From: a virus
Taxonomy: Duplodnaviria; Caudoviricetes
DNA: 64,000 nucleotides
Direction: 5' to 3' (one strand)
Virus record (IMG/VR): IMGVR_UViG_3300030744_000156
Span: 20,442 to 84,441 of that record
The notes under the pieces were generated by a model. The model did no database searches. It was not told the origin of the DNA and saw only the letters and a program-made list of their open reading frames with translations. The translations under genes were made by a program, and so were the position numbers. Shown here one piece after another: positions 35,294 to 43,932 of this stretch; the stretch's first letter is position 1, and the number at the start of each line of letters is the position of its first letter.

Positions 35294-35338
35294 CGTCCGG
35301 TCCTGCGCTTGTTTAAACCGGACGAAGCGATCTACCTT
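35294..35338 (+). promoter_or_regulatory. Late-operon operator/promoter CGTCCGGT-N15-ACCGGACG-N8-TACCTT
   Basis: Same architecture as the sites at 25878 and 12960-13004. Confidence 0.7.
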
Positions 35339-35406
35339 GTGTCCATGCAGGACAGCGCCGCACACCCCACCGCTACCCAAGCGGCGCTCCCGGCATGCCA
35401 GGACTG

Positions 35407-35446
35407 GGACGCCCAACCCCCGCGTGGGGTGTGGGGTTGGGCGTCC
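35407..35446. other. 14-bp perfect hairpin in the late-operon leader
   Basis: GGACGCCCAACCCC / GGGGTTGGGCGTCC. Confidence 0.6.
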
Positions 35447-35462
35447 TCCCCCGGCGGCCCGA

Positions 35463-35642
35463 ATGAACCTTAAAAGGCTCAAGGGCGCACGCAGCGCCGC
35501 ACTCGTTCTTGGCGGCCTCGGCTGCATCGTCGCCGGAATCTGGGTCATCGCCGCCGTCATCTTCGGCGCCATCATCGGCGCCGGCGCAGGCCTCATCGCC
35601 ACCGGTTTCGCGTTCCTGCTCACCGAGCTGGTGAGCGAATGA
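35463..35642 (+). CDS. Small two-TM membrane protein preceding portal
   Basis: Hydrophobic; stop overlaps portal ATG. Confidence 0.65.
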   Translation: MNLKRLKGARSAALVLGGLGCIVAGIWVIAAVIFGAIIGAGAGLIATGFAFLLTELVSE

Positions 35643-37681
35643 GAAACCCACTTAGCCTCGTCTTCAACCAGGCGCCCGTCCCGCTCGCGACTCGCCGCAG
35701 CAGCGGTGGCGCGATGCTCAGCGCCGGCGGCACCGCAGGCGGCTTCGAAGCCCAGCTCCGCTCCTACACCTCGAACGGCACGGTCAACGGCATCGTCAGC
35801 CGCACCAGCACCGCCGTCTCCCAGTCCCAGTGGCACCTGTACCGCAAAGCCAAGTCCGGCAAGCCAGAAGACCGCGAGGAGATCACCAGCCACGCGGCCC
35901 TCGACCTGTGGAACAAGCCCAACCCGTTCATGCCCCAACAGGAGTTCCTCGAGGTCGTCCAGCAGCACATCGACCTGGCCGGCGAATCCCCGTGGGTGAT
36001 CGCCTACGACAAGCGGGCCAAGAACCTGCCGCTTGAGCTGTGGCCCGTCCGCCCGGACCGCATGGAACCCGACCCGGATCCCGACAAGTTCCTGCTCGGC
36101 TGGAACTACCGCAGCCCCGAGAACGGCCAGCTCATCGGGTTGGGCTTGCGTGAGGTCATCCACCTCCGCACCCCCAACCCGCTCGACCCCTACCGCGGCT
36201 GCTCCCCCATCGCCACCCTGCTCACCACCCTCGGACGCACCAAAGCCGCACAGGAGTGGAACAAGAACTTCTTCGTCAACTCGGCCCGGCCCGGCGGCAT
36301 CATCCAGGTCCCCAACCGGCTGAACGACGACGAGTTTGACGAGCTCCGCATGCGCTGGAACGAGCAGCACCGCGGCGTCGGCAACGCCCACAAGGTCGCG
36401 GTGCTCGAGCACGGCGAGTGGAAAGAGCTCGGCTTCAGCATCAAAGACCTTCAGGTCACCGAGCTACGCGAGTCTGACCGGGACGAGATCCTCGAGGCCT
36501 ACGGCTTCCCGCGCTCCATGCTCGGCATCGACGAGTCGGCGAACAAGGCCGTGGCCGCCACCGCCGAGTACATCTTCGCCAAGTGGTTGACGGTGCCCAG
36601 GTTGCAGCGCATCCGAGGAGCCCTCAACCACGACCTCCTGCCCTTGTACGGCGAGACCGCGCGGGACCTTGAGTTCGACTTCGACAGCCCCGTACCCCAG
36701 GACGAGGCCGCCGAAAACGATGCCCGCGACTCGAAGGTCAACGCCTACAAGGTCCTGGTCGTCGACTGCGGTGTGGACCCGAAGGACGCGGCCGAGGTCG
36801 TCGGCCTGCCGGTCATGGAGATCCGTGAACGCGTCGAAGCGCCGGCCCGCGAGAAGACCACGCCCGCCGAGAAGGTGGATGACGCGCAGTGGTCGCGGAT
36901 CGTCGCCAACCTCGTCCGCAATGCCGCCGAGGATGAGGCACCCGAGGTGGACCTGTCCGCCGTCGAGGAAGCCTGGACTGCTGCGCTGGTTGCACTGCTC
37001 GCGCAGTGGACGTCCGTCGTCGCCGACTGGATCACCCAGCTCCTCGCCCAGATCCGCGGTGTGTTCGAGTCCGGCACCCGCTCCGGTCTTGCTGATCTGA
37101 GCGTCTCGACGGCGACCGCGACCGGCGTGTTGCAGGACGCTCTGCTGCGGCTCGGTGAGACCTCTGCCCGTCAGGTCGTCCGCGAGGCAGCCGAGCAGGA
37201 CGTCGACCTGTCCGCCGTCTACCCCTCACGGGACGACTACGCCGACGACGCCAGCCTGACCGTCGACCTGCTCGCCCGCGGACTCGAAACCTCGGCGGCC
37301 CGCGAAGCTCAGCGTCTCGCCGGACCTGAGCCGGACGTGACCGCAGTCGTTGACGGGGTACGGGAACACCTTGAGGCCCTGACTGACGCCGAGCCGCGCA
37401 GGGTGCTGGGCGGGGCGCTGCACGGCGCAACGAACGCGGCACGAGCAGCCACGCTCGCAGCCGGCCCGCTCGGCGCCATCTACGCCAGCGAAATGAACGA
37501 CCACAACCGATGCAAGCCCTGCGCCGACATCGACGGCCGCTGGATCTGCAACACCGACGACCTCACCGCGCTCTACAAGCTCTACCCGCTCACCGGCTAC
37601 GTCGACTGCCTCGGCGGGGTTCGCTGCCGCGGCACTTTCCACGGCGTGTGGCGACCGCAGACCGGCAAGGAGACCTCATGA
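35639..37681 (+). CDS. HK97-type portal protein fused to a MuF/gp7-like head morphogenesis domain
   Basis: KPNPFM...LAGESPW...ELWPVRPDRM...NSARPGGII; C-terminal ASEMNDHNRCKPC...CLGGVRCRG. Confidence 0.9.
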   Translation: MRNPLSLVFNQAPVPLATRRSSGGAMLSAGGTAGGFEAQLRSYTSNGTVNGIVSRTSTAVSQSQWHLYRKAKSGKPEDREEITSHAALDLWNKPNPFMPQQEFLEVVQQHIDLAGESPWVIAYDKRAKNLPLELWPVRPDRMEPDPDPDKFLLGWNYRSPENGQLIGLGLREVIHLRTPNPLDPYRGCSPIATLLTTLGRTKAAQEWNKNFFVNSARPGGIIQVPNRLNDDEFDELRMRWNEQHRGVGNAHKVAVLEHGEWKELGFSIKDLQVTELRESDRDEILEAYGFPRSMLGIDESANKAVAATAEYIFAKWLTVPRLQRIRGALNHDLLPLYGETARDLEFDFDSPVPQDEAAENDARDSKVNAYKVLVVDCGVDPKDAAEVVGLPVMEIRERVEAPAREKTTPAEKVDDAQWSRIVANLVRNAAEDEAPEVDLSAVEEAWTAALVALLAQWTSVVADWITQLLAQIRGVFESGTRSGLADLSVSTATATGVLQDALLRLGETSARQVVREAAEQDVDLSAVYPSRDDYADDASLTVDLLARGLETSAAREAQRLAGPEPDVTAVVDGVREHLEALTDAEPRRVLGGALHGATNAARAATLAAGPLGAIYASEMNDHNRCKPCADIDGRWICNTDDLTALYKLYPLTGYVDCLGGVRCRGTFHGVWRPQTGKETS

Positions 37682-38850
37682 AGGACCGGACGAGGGCTGC
37701 GCGCCGGATGGCGGTCGCCAAGACCGCGGCCCCGCAGAAGCGCGTCAACGCCAACAAGTGGTACCGGATCGAGAACCTCGTCGACCGGCCCTCCGCCGCG
37801 GCGATCTACATCTACGACCGCATCGGCTGCTCCTGCTGGTGGGACGACGAATGCCGGTGCCTCACCGCGAAGAACTTCGTCGACGAGATCAACGCGCTGC
37901 GGGTCGACGAGCTCCACGTGCACATCAACTCGCCGGGCGGCGAGGTCGATGACGGCATCGCGATCCACACGACGCTGCGCAATCACCGCGCCCGGAAGAC
38001 GTCGTACATCGACGGGATCGCCGCGTCTGCCGCCTCGTTCATCGCGCTCGCCTCGGACGAGGTCGTGATCGCCGAAGCAGGTCAGATGATGATCCACGAC
38101 GCCTCGACCATCGCGATCGGTGACGCCGCCGAACTGCGCGAGACCGCCGAACTGCTGGACCGGTACTCGAACAACATCGCCGGGATCTACTCGCGCAAGT
38201 CCGGCAGGTCCGTTGAGGAGTGCCGAGACCTGATGCGCGCGGAGACGTGGTTCACCGGCGTCGAAGCCGTTGAGGCTGGCCTCGCCGACCGCACCGACGC
38301 GGACCCTGCCGAGGAAGACGGCGACGAGGACATGCAGCAGCGCATGGCGGCCCGCCACAACCTGTCGCTGTTCGCGTTCCGCTACGCCGGCCGCGAGCTG
38401 GCCCCCGCGCCCGCGCTCACCAACCACGTGGAGCCAGGCGAACCTGCGGCGGACGTCGAACCGGAGGCCGTTGTGGACGCCCCCGAACCTGTCGAGCCCG
38501 ATGTGGCCGCTGTGGTCGAGCCCGTGGAGGACACCACGGGCACCGTCGATGCCGCTGTCGTGTCCGAACCGTCCGCTCTTGAGGTTGACGAAACCGGACG
38601 GCTCGACGAGGAGACCCCGGCTGAGGCCGCCTTGACCTCAGAGCCGGCCGAGTCCGAGGCGGACGGCACGCCCGCCGATGCCCTGGCCGCCGAGCCGGAC
38701 CCCGAACCCGTCGATGCCACGCCGGAACCGGACCCGGTCACGGCAACCACCGACACGGACCCGTGGGCGCAGCTCATGAGTCCCCTGCTCTCCGCCACCC
38801 CAGCGTCGTCCACCTGGGACGACGTGTTCTCCACCCTCACCAAGCCCTGA
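37678..38850 (+). CDS. ClpP-type head maturation protease with acidic scaffold-like tail
   Basis: HINSPGG, DGIAASAAS, MMIHDA, AETWF. Confidence 0.92.
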   Translation: MKDRTRAARRMAVAKTAAPQKRVNANKWYRIENLVDRPSAAAIYIYDRIGCSCWWDDECRCLTAKNFVDEINALRVDELHVHINSPGGEVDDGIAIHTTLRNHRARKTSYIDGIAASAASFIALASDEVVIAEAGQMMIHDASTIAIGDAAELRETAELLDRYSNNIAGIYSRKSGRSVEECRDLMRAETWFTGVEAVEAGLADRTDADPAEEDGDEDMQQRMAARHNLSLFAFRYAGRELAPAPALTNHVEPGEPAADVEPEAVVDAPEPVEPDVAAVVEPVEDTTGTVDAAVVSEPSALEVDETGRLDEETPAEAALTSEPAESEADGTPADALAAEPDPEPVDATPEPDPVTATTDTDPWAQLMSPLLSATPASSTWDDVFSTLTKP

Positions 38851-38857
38851 AGGGGGC

Positions 38858-40339
38858 GTGACGATGAAGACGAAGCTCTCTCCGGGGCGGCGTGCGCTGC
38901 TCGCATCTCGCGGCATCGACCCGAGGTGGGTCGGCCGCATCTGCAACCGGGCCACCCTCACCCCGCCGCCCGGTGTGCCGATCCCGAAGAACGCCGACGA
39001 GCTCGCCGAGATGATCGGCGACCCGTCCAAGGTCAAGGACATCGCGAAGGACGCCGCGACGCTCGCCGGGTTCGTGCAGGCCTACGCCGACGAGCAGCAG
39101 GGCGACGGCACCGACCTGCGTCGTGAGATCCAGGCGGAGACGCAGCGGACGCTCGCGAAGATGCTGCGCGACAGCGACGTCGACGACGACGGTGCGGAGA
39201 ACATCAAGCGCCTCAACCTCGACCCGCAGAACCGTGCGGCCAACTCGCGGATGCTGTCGAACTACAAGCAGGCGGCGGCGCACAACCCCAAGGCACTCGG
39301 TGCCGCGCTGGACGGCAAGTTCGCGTCCAGCAACGAGTACATCCGCAACATCTGGCACCTCAACAAGCGGCCCGAGGCGCTGGCGGCACGGTCGGAGATC
39401 AGCAACGCGTTCGGCAGCGTGGTGCCGTCCGACGGTGGCTTCCTCGTCCCGGAGACGCTGAGGTCGCAGCTGCTGGAGATCGCGCTGGAGATGGCCGTTG
39501 TGCGGCCGCTGGCGACGGTCGTGCCGATGGAGTCGGCGCGCGTCCCGTTCCCGATGATCGACTCCACCACGAACTCGGGCAGCCTGTTCGGCGGCATGAT
39601 CGCCTACTGGGCCGAGGAAAGCGCCGCGCTCACCGACTCGTCGGCGAAGTTCGGCAAGGTCACGCTCGACGCCCAGAAGCTCACGGGCCTGTCCGCGGTG
39701 CCGAACGAGCTGCTGCAGGACAGCCTCATCTCCTTCACGGCCCTGATCGAGCGGCTGTGGCCGCAGGCGCTGGCGTTCTTCGAGGACGCCGCCTTCATGA
39801 CCGGCACCGGTGTGGGTCAGCCCCTGGGTTTCCTGGGTGCGGGCAACAACGCCGCCATCGAGGTCGCCGCCGAATCTGGCCAGGCCGCGGACACGATCCT
39901 CATCGAGAACATCGTCAAGATGTACTCGCGGATGCTGCCCGCCTCGCTGAACCGGGCGGCGTGGATCGTGTCGCCCGAGTGCATCCCGCAGCTGTACACG
40001 CTGGCACTCTCGGTCGGCACCGGCGGTGCCCCGGTGATGCTGGTCAACGCCGTAGGCGCGGGCCCGGCCACGATGCTCGGCCGCCCGATCATCGTCACCG
40101 AGAAGGCCGGTCGTCTCGGCAACCGCGGCGACATCTCGTTCGTCGACCTCGCCTACTACCTGGTCGGCGACAGGCAGGTCATGACCGCCGACTCGTCCAC
40201 CGACTACCGGTTCGGCGAGGACAAGACCACGTTCCGGATCATCCAGCGTGTCGACGGCCGCCCGTGGGTGCAGAGCGCGATCACCCCGCAGAACGGCGGC
40301 TCCACCCTTTCCCCGTTCGTCGAGCTCGCGGCCCGCTGA
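38858..40339 (+). CDS. Major capsid protein, HK97 fold
   Basis: DGGFLVPE, AYWAEESAAL, LLGRP-like MLGRPIIVTE, FRIIQRVDGRP. Confidence 0.93.
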   Translation: MTMKTKLSPGRRALLASRGIDPRWVGRICNRATLTPPPGVPIPKNADELAEMIGDPSKVKDIAKDAATLAGFVQAYADEQQGDGTDLRREIQAETQRTLAKMLRDSDVDDDGAENIKRLNLDPQNRAANSRMLSNYKQAAAHNPKALGAALDGKFASSNEYIRNIWHLNKRPEALAARSEISNAFGSVVPSDGGFLVPETLRSQLLEIALEMAVVRPLATVVPMESARVPFPMIDSTTNSGSLFGGMIAYWAEESAALTDSSAKFGKVTLDAQKLTGLSAVPNELLQDSLISFTALIERLWPQALAFFEDAAFMTGTGVGQPLGFLGAGNNAAIEVAAESGQAADTILIENIVKMYSRMLPASLNRAAWIVSPECIPQLYTLALSVGTGGAPVMLVNAVGAGPATMLGRPIIVTEKAGRLGNRGDISFVDLAYYLVGDRQVMTADSSTDYRFGEDKTTFRIIQRVDGRPWVQSAITPQNGGSTLSPFVELAAR

Positions 40340-40351
40340 TCCAGCCAACGT

Positions 40352-40410
40352 CCCAGGCGGCAATCAACCCCCGCCTGGGGCCCCACCAGAACGGCATTAA
40401 ACCCCCGTTC
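40352..40410 (+). promoter_or_regulatory. Tandem hairpins with near-identical 10-nt loops
   Basis: Loops CAATCAACCC and CATTAAACCC, both closed by CGG/CCG. Confidence 0.55.
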
Positions 40411-40424
40411 GGAGAGGCACCACC

Positions 40425-40841
40425 ATGGAAGGACTCGGAAGGGTCTTCAACGTCGTCCCGGCGGCGAGCGGCGTGCACATCCCGCTCAAGAACGCCAGGG
40501 CCGTCAGCTTCGTCACCTTCGAGGACGACGGCTCCACGATCATCACGATCAAGGAGTCCGTCGACGGCGCGAGCGAGCAGAACCTCGCTGTCATCGACCT
40601 CATCCACAAGGCCCCCGGCGTCGGCGGCACGTGGACGAAGGTCACCCAGGCCGCGGCAGCGACCTACGACCTGGCGGACGACACCACCAACGACGCCACC
40701 GTCATCACGGTGAACGCCGAGTCGTTGTCGGACGGCTTCAACTGTGTCGAGGCGACTGTGGACGGCGGCATCTGCATCGCGGTCATCCACGACCTCACCC
40801 CCCAGCGGACCCCGGCGAACCTGCCGCGGAACGTGGTCTGA
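40425..40841 (+). CDS. Virion structural protein (head decoration candidate)
   Basis: Directly after MCP; beta-rich. Confidence 0.6.
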   Translation: MEGLGRVFNVVPAASGVHIPLKNARAVSFVTFEDDGSTIITIKESVDGASEQNLAVIDLIHKAPGVGGTWTKVTQAAAATYDLADDTTNDATVITVNAESLSDGFNCVEATVDGGICIAVIHDLTPQRTPANLPRNVV

Positions 40842-40855
40842 GAGGGATCTGACTC

Positions 40856-41338
40856 ATGGCAACCATGGTTCCTGGGAAGCAGCAGCGGAATCTGCTGCTG
40901 GGCAGCGCTCCAGTCGCCTCGGCGTCGGGTGCGTTCGCGGCGGACACGCGCACGATCTTCACGGTCGCAGGCGGCGAGGTGCTGGTGACCGCCCTGTGGG
41001 GTGTGGTCACCACCGCCATCACCGTCGCGAACACGGTGGCGCTGCAGACGAATCCGACGACCGGTGACACGAAGGTGTTCGTCGAGGCCACGGACATCGG
41101 CACCAACGACACGGCGGCCGGAACGGTGGTGGGGTTCAACGACTCCATCGACGACCCGGCCACGAACGGTGCCACGGTCGAGGAGAAGATCGAGCTCGGC
41201 GGCCACGCCCTGCGCGACCTTGTCGTGACGACCGGCGACATCGAGATGGTCGTCACCGGCACCAACCCGGACGGCGCGATCACCTGGTACGCCACGTGGA
41301 TCCCGCTCACTGACGGCGCGACGCTGGTGGCCGGCTAG
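40856..41338 (+). CDS. Probable virion structural protein
   Basis: T/G/V-rich beta composition; head-gene cluster. Confidence 0.6.
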   Translation: MATMVPGKQQRNLLLGSAPVASASGAFAADTRTIFTVAGGEVLVTALWGVVTTAITVANTVALQTNPTTGDTKVFVEATDIGTNDTAAGTVVGFNDSIDDPATNGATVEEKIELGGHALRDLVVTTGDIEMVVTGTNPDGAITWYATWIPLTDGATLVAG

Positions 41339-41340
41339 TC

Positions 41341-41766
41341 ATGGCGGGCTCGATCACCGTGACGACGTCGGAGGTTGCAGGCGGCGCTGGAGTGCGTGAG
41401 TACTCGATCGCCTGGACCTCCGACGCGTCCGGAGCTGTCTCGGGCAACACCGTGGCGGTCGCCGCGGGCACGATCATCGCGGTCGAGTTCGTTCCTGGTG
41501 CTGGCGGTGTGCAGCCGTCGGATCTCTACGACGTCACGTTCACCGATGCCGAGGGCGTGAACATGTTCGACGACGGCGCGGGCACAAGCGTCGGGGCGAA
41601 CCTGTCGAACTCCGCTGCCAGCCACAAGGTTCCGTTCGTGGGTGGCGGCTCCGTCACCTACGTCCGGCAGTGGTTGCACGGCGGCACCTACACGCCGGTC
41701 GTGGCCGCTGCGGGCAACGCGAAGCAGGGAACGATCAACGTCTACGTGGCGCCGGGGGTTCTGTGA
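41341..41766 (+). CDS. Probable virion structural protein
   Basis: T/G/V-rich; head-gene cluster. Confidence 0.6.
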   Translation: MAGSITVTTSEVAGGAGVREYSIAWTSDASGAVSGNTVAVAAGTIIAVEFVPGAGGVQPSDLYDVTFTDAEGVNMFDDGAGTSVGANLSNSAASHKVPFVGGGSVTYVRQWLHGGTYTPVVAAAGNAKQGTINVYVAPGVL

Positions 41767-42230
41767 TGGCGCTGTGGGTCTGCCGTTCATGCACCACCCG
41801 GTTCTCGGTGGGCGCTGCGGCGTGCCCGCACTGCGGATCTCTTGAGCACTACGAGGAAGGCAGCGTCATGCCGAAGATCACCGTTCACGGCGGGCCGACG
41901 AACGCCGCTGCCGACCCGCCGAAGCCCGGACCGGTCACGGTCGGGGAGGCGGAACCCGAACCCGTTGTGCTGCCCGAAGGTGCTGTCGTCGCGTCGGTCT
42001 CGGTCGACGGCGTGGACCAGGGGCCCGGCGAGGTCGGCGAAGCGCTCGGTGGCGGCTTCGAGCCGCTGCCCGAGGCCGTCGAAGGCGACACCACCAAGCA
42101 CGTATCGGTGCCGGACTACGAGGCGTGGACGAAGACCCAGCTGCAGGAGGCACTCGCCGAGCGTGAGCTTCCGACATCCGGCACAAAGGCCGAACTCGTC
42201 ACTCGGCTGCGAACCCACGACGAGCCATGA
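41766..42230 (+). CDS. Zn-ribbon plus SAP-domain protein; possible internal start at 41868
   Basis: CRSC...CPHC; WTKTQLQEALAERELPTSGTKAELVTRL. Confidence 0.7.
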   Translation: MALWVCRSCTTRFSVGAAACPHCGSLEHYEEGSVMPKITVHGGPTNAAADPPKPGPVTVGEAEPEPVVLPEGAVVASVSVDGVDQGPGEVGEALGGGFEPLPEAVEGDTTKHVSVPDYEAWTKTQLQEALAERELPTSGTKAELVTRLRTHDEP

Positions 42231-42388
42231 GCTGGGAGGAGCTGCTCGACATCGGCCGCGAAGCACGCCAGTACGCGGAAGCCGAGCAGTCCCAGCCACC
42301 CCAAGCGTGTCCGAACGACGGCGAACCACTGGAGCGAGGCCCGAACGGGATCTTGCACTGCCGGTTCGACGGCTGGACTGACCAATAG
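42227..42388 (+). CDS. 53-aa conserved protein (MSWEELL...ACPNDGEPL...C.FDGW), absent from the ORF track
   Basis: ATGA-coupled; C-x-x-D and C-x-F-D-G motifs. Confidence 0.65.
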   Translation: MSWEELLDIGREARQYAEAEQSQPPQACPNDGEPLERGPNGILHCRFDGWTDQ

Positions 42389-42448
42389 CAGCTGGGGATC
42401 CGCCGGCGGACGGATTCCCAGCCCCTTCGGGAGAGGAGGTGAACCGGG

Positions 42449-43501
42449 ATGGCGCGACCTTGGCACTGTGCCCGTGAGGACGTGATGGTCCGCGGGGACA
42501 TCAAGCTGACGGCGCGCATGGTCGCGCAGGTCGACGATGCGATCGAAGCCGCTACCCGCGATGTGGAGAAGCGTCTGCACCGCGTCTTCTATCCGAGGAT
42601 TGAGACGCATCGCTTCGACTGGCCCAGCAGCCAGTACGCCACGTCGTGGCGGCTGTGGCTCGACCAGCACGAGCTGATCTCGGTCACCACCCTCACCTCC
42701 GCTGGCACTGCTATCGCAGCGTCGGACTTCTTCCTCTACCCGGACAGTGGTCCCCCGTACAACCGGGTAGAGATCGACCTCGACTCCAGTGCTGCGTTCG
42801 GCGGCGGCGACACGCATCAGCGGTCGATCGAGATCCTGGGCTTGTACGGCTACAACGACGACTCCAAGACCGCAGGCGCGCTTTCGGCGGCCATCTCGAC
42901 TACGGCCACGCCCACTGTGGACGTCACGAACTCGTACGCGGTCGGCGTCGGCGACCTGATCAAGGTTGATTCCGAGCGGATGATCGTCACTGGCAAGACG
43001 ATGGCCGATACCACCATCAACACCGCCGGGGCGCTCACCGCTACCGCCAACAACCAGTCCCTCCCCGTTTCAGACGGCAGTGGTTTTACCGTCGGCGAGA
43101 TCCTGCTGCTGGACTCCGAACGCGTCCGCATCGACGACATCGCCGGCAACACGCTCACCGTCACCCGGCAGTGGGACGGTACGACGCTGGCCGCGCACAA
43201 CACGGGCATCGACGTGTACGCACCACGCAGGCTCACCGTTGAGCGCGGCGCCGTGGGCACTACCGCAGCAACACACCTGATCTCCGCCGCCATCACGAAG
43301 TGGGCCGCGCCCGGGCCGGTTAAGCGGCTCACGATCGCCGAAGCGCAGACCACGCTCGCGCAGGAATCTGTTGCATGGGCGCGTCTCATTGGCACTGGCG
43401 AGCACGCCCGGGAGTCAGGTGCGAAGGGTCTCAAGGACGCCCGCGAGGAGTGCTACGAGAACTTCGGCCGCAAGGCGCGCATCCGGGCGGTGACCGGATG
43501 A
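42449..43501 (+). CDS. Head-to-tail adaptor with internal beta insertion
   Basis: RBS GAGGAGG; position after head genes. Confidence 0.7.
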   Translation: MARPWHCAREDVMVRGDIKLTARMVAQVDDAIEAATRDVEKRLHRVFYPRIETHRFDWPSSQYATSWRLWLDQHELISVTTLTSAGTAIAASDFFLYPDSGPPYNRVEIDLDSSAAFGGGDTHQRSIEILGLYGYNDDSKTAGALSAAISTTATPTVDVTNSYAVGVGDLIKVDSERMIVTGKTMADTTINTAGALTATANNQSLPVSDGSGFTVGEILLLDSERVRIDDIAGNTLTVTRQWDGTTLAAHNTGIDVYAPRRLTVERGAVGTTAATHLISAAITKWAAPGPVKRLTIAEAQTTLAQESVAWARLIGTGEHARESGAKGLKDAREECYENFGRKARIRAVTG

Positions 43502-43932
43502 TCAAGGTGAAGGTCCAGGCCAGCGGACCACTCGCAGATGGTGAGTTCCCGGCGATCATCCACGACTACCTCGAAGACGCCACCTGGGAACTCGGCCAGC
43601 AGGCATTCGCGGACGTCCACTCCATCCTCGACGCCAGCATTCAGAACCCGACGCCGTACTACGAGACGCAGATCAGCGTGCAGCGAGGCGGTGCCGACAG
43701 CCTCGAAGGGCTCGCTTCCGACGTGACACCAGTCGTGGTGCACGACCGGGGCGTCATCTACGGCCACTGGTTGGAGGGCGACGGGAGCCGCAACGCCCCC
43801 GTCACGTCGTTCCGCGGCTACGCGGCCTTCGGCACCACTGCGAAGGCTCTGAACGTCGCCAACGGCAAAGCCCTCCCCATCGCGGAGGCCGTACTGCAGC
43901 GGTACCTGCCGCGCCTGCGAGGTGAGGGCTGA
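43498..43932 (+). CDS. Neck protein (HK97 gp10-like)
   Basis: VIYGHWLEG...SFRGY motif; position. Confidence 0.65.
   Translation: MIKVKVQASGPLADGEFPAIIHDYLEDATWELGQQAFADVHSILDASIQNPTPYYETQISVQRGGADSLEGLASDVTPVVVHDRGVIYGHWLEGDGSRNAPVTSFRGYAAFGTTAKALNVANGKALPIAEAVLQRYLPRLRGEG

Noticed and set aside
35345-35473. Leader ORF MQDSAAHPT... before the late operon
   Set aside because: No RBS, runs through a strong hairpin, and composition is not protein-like.
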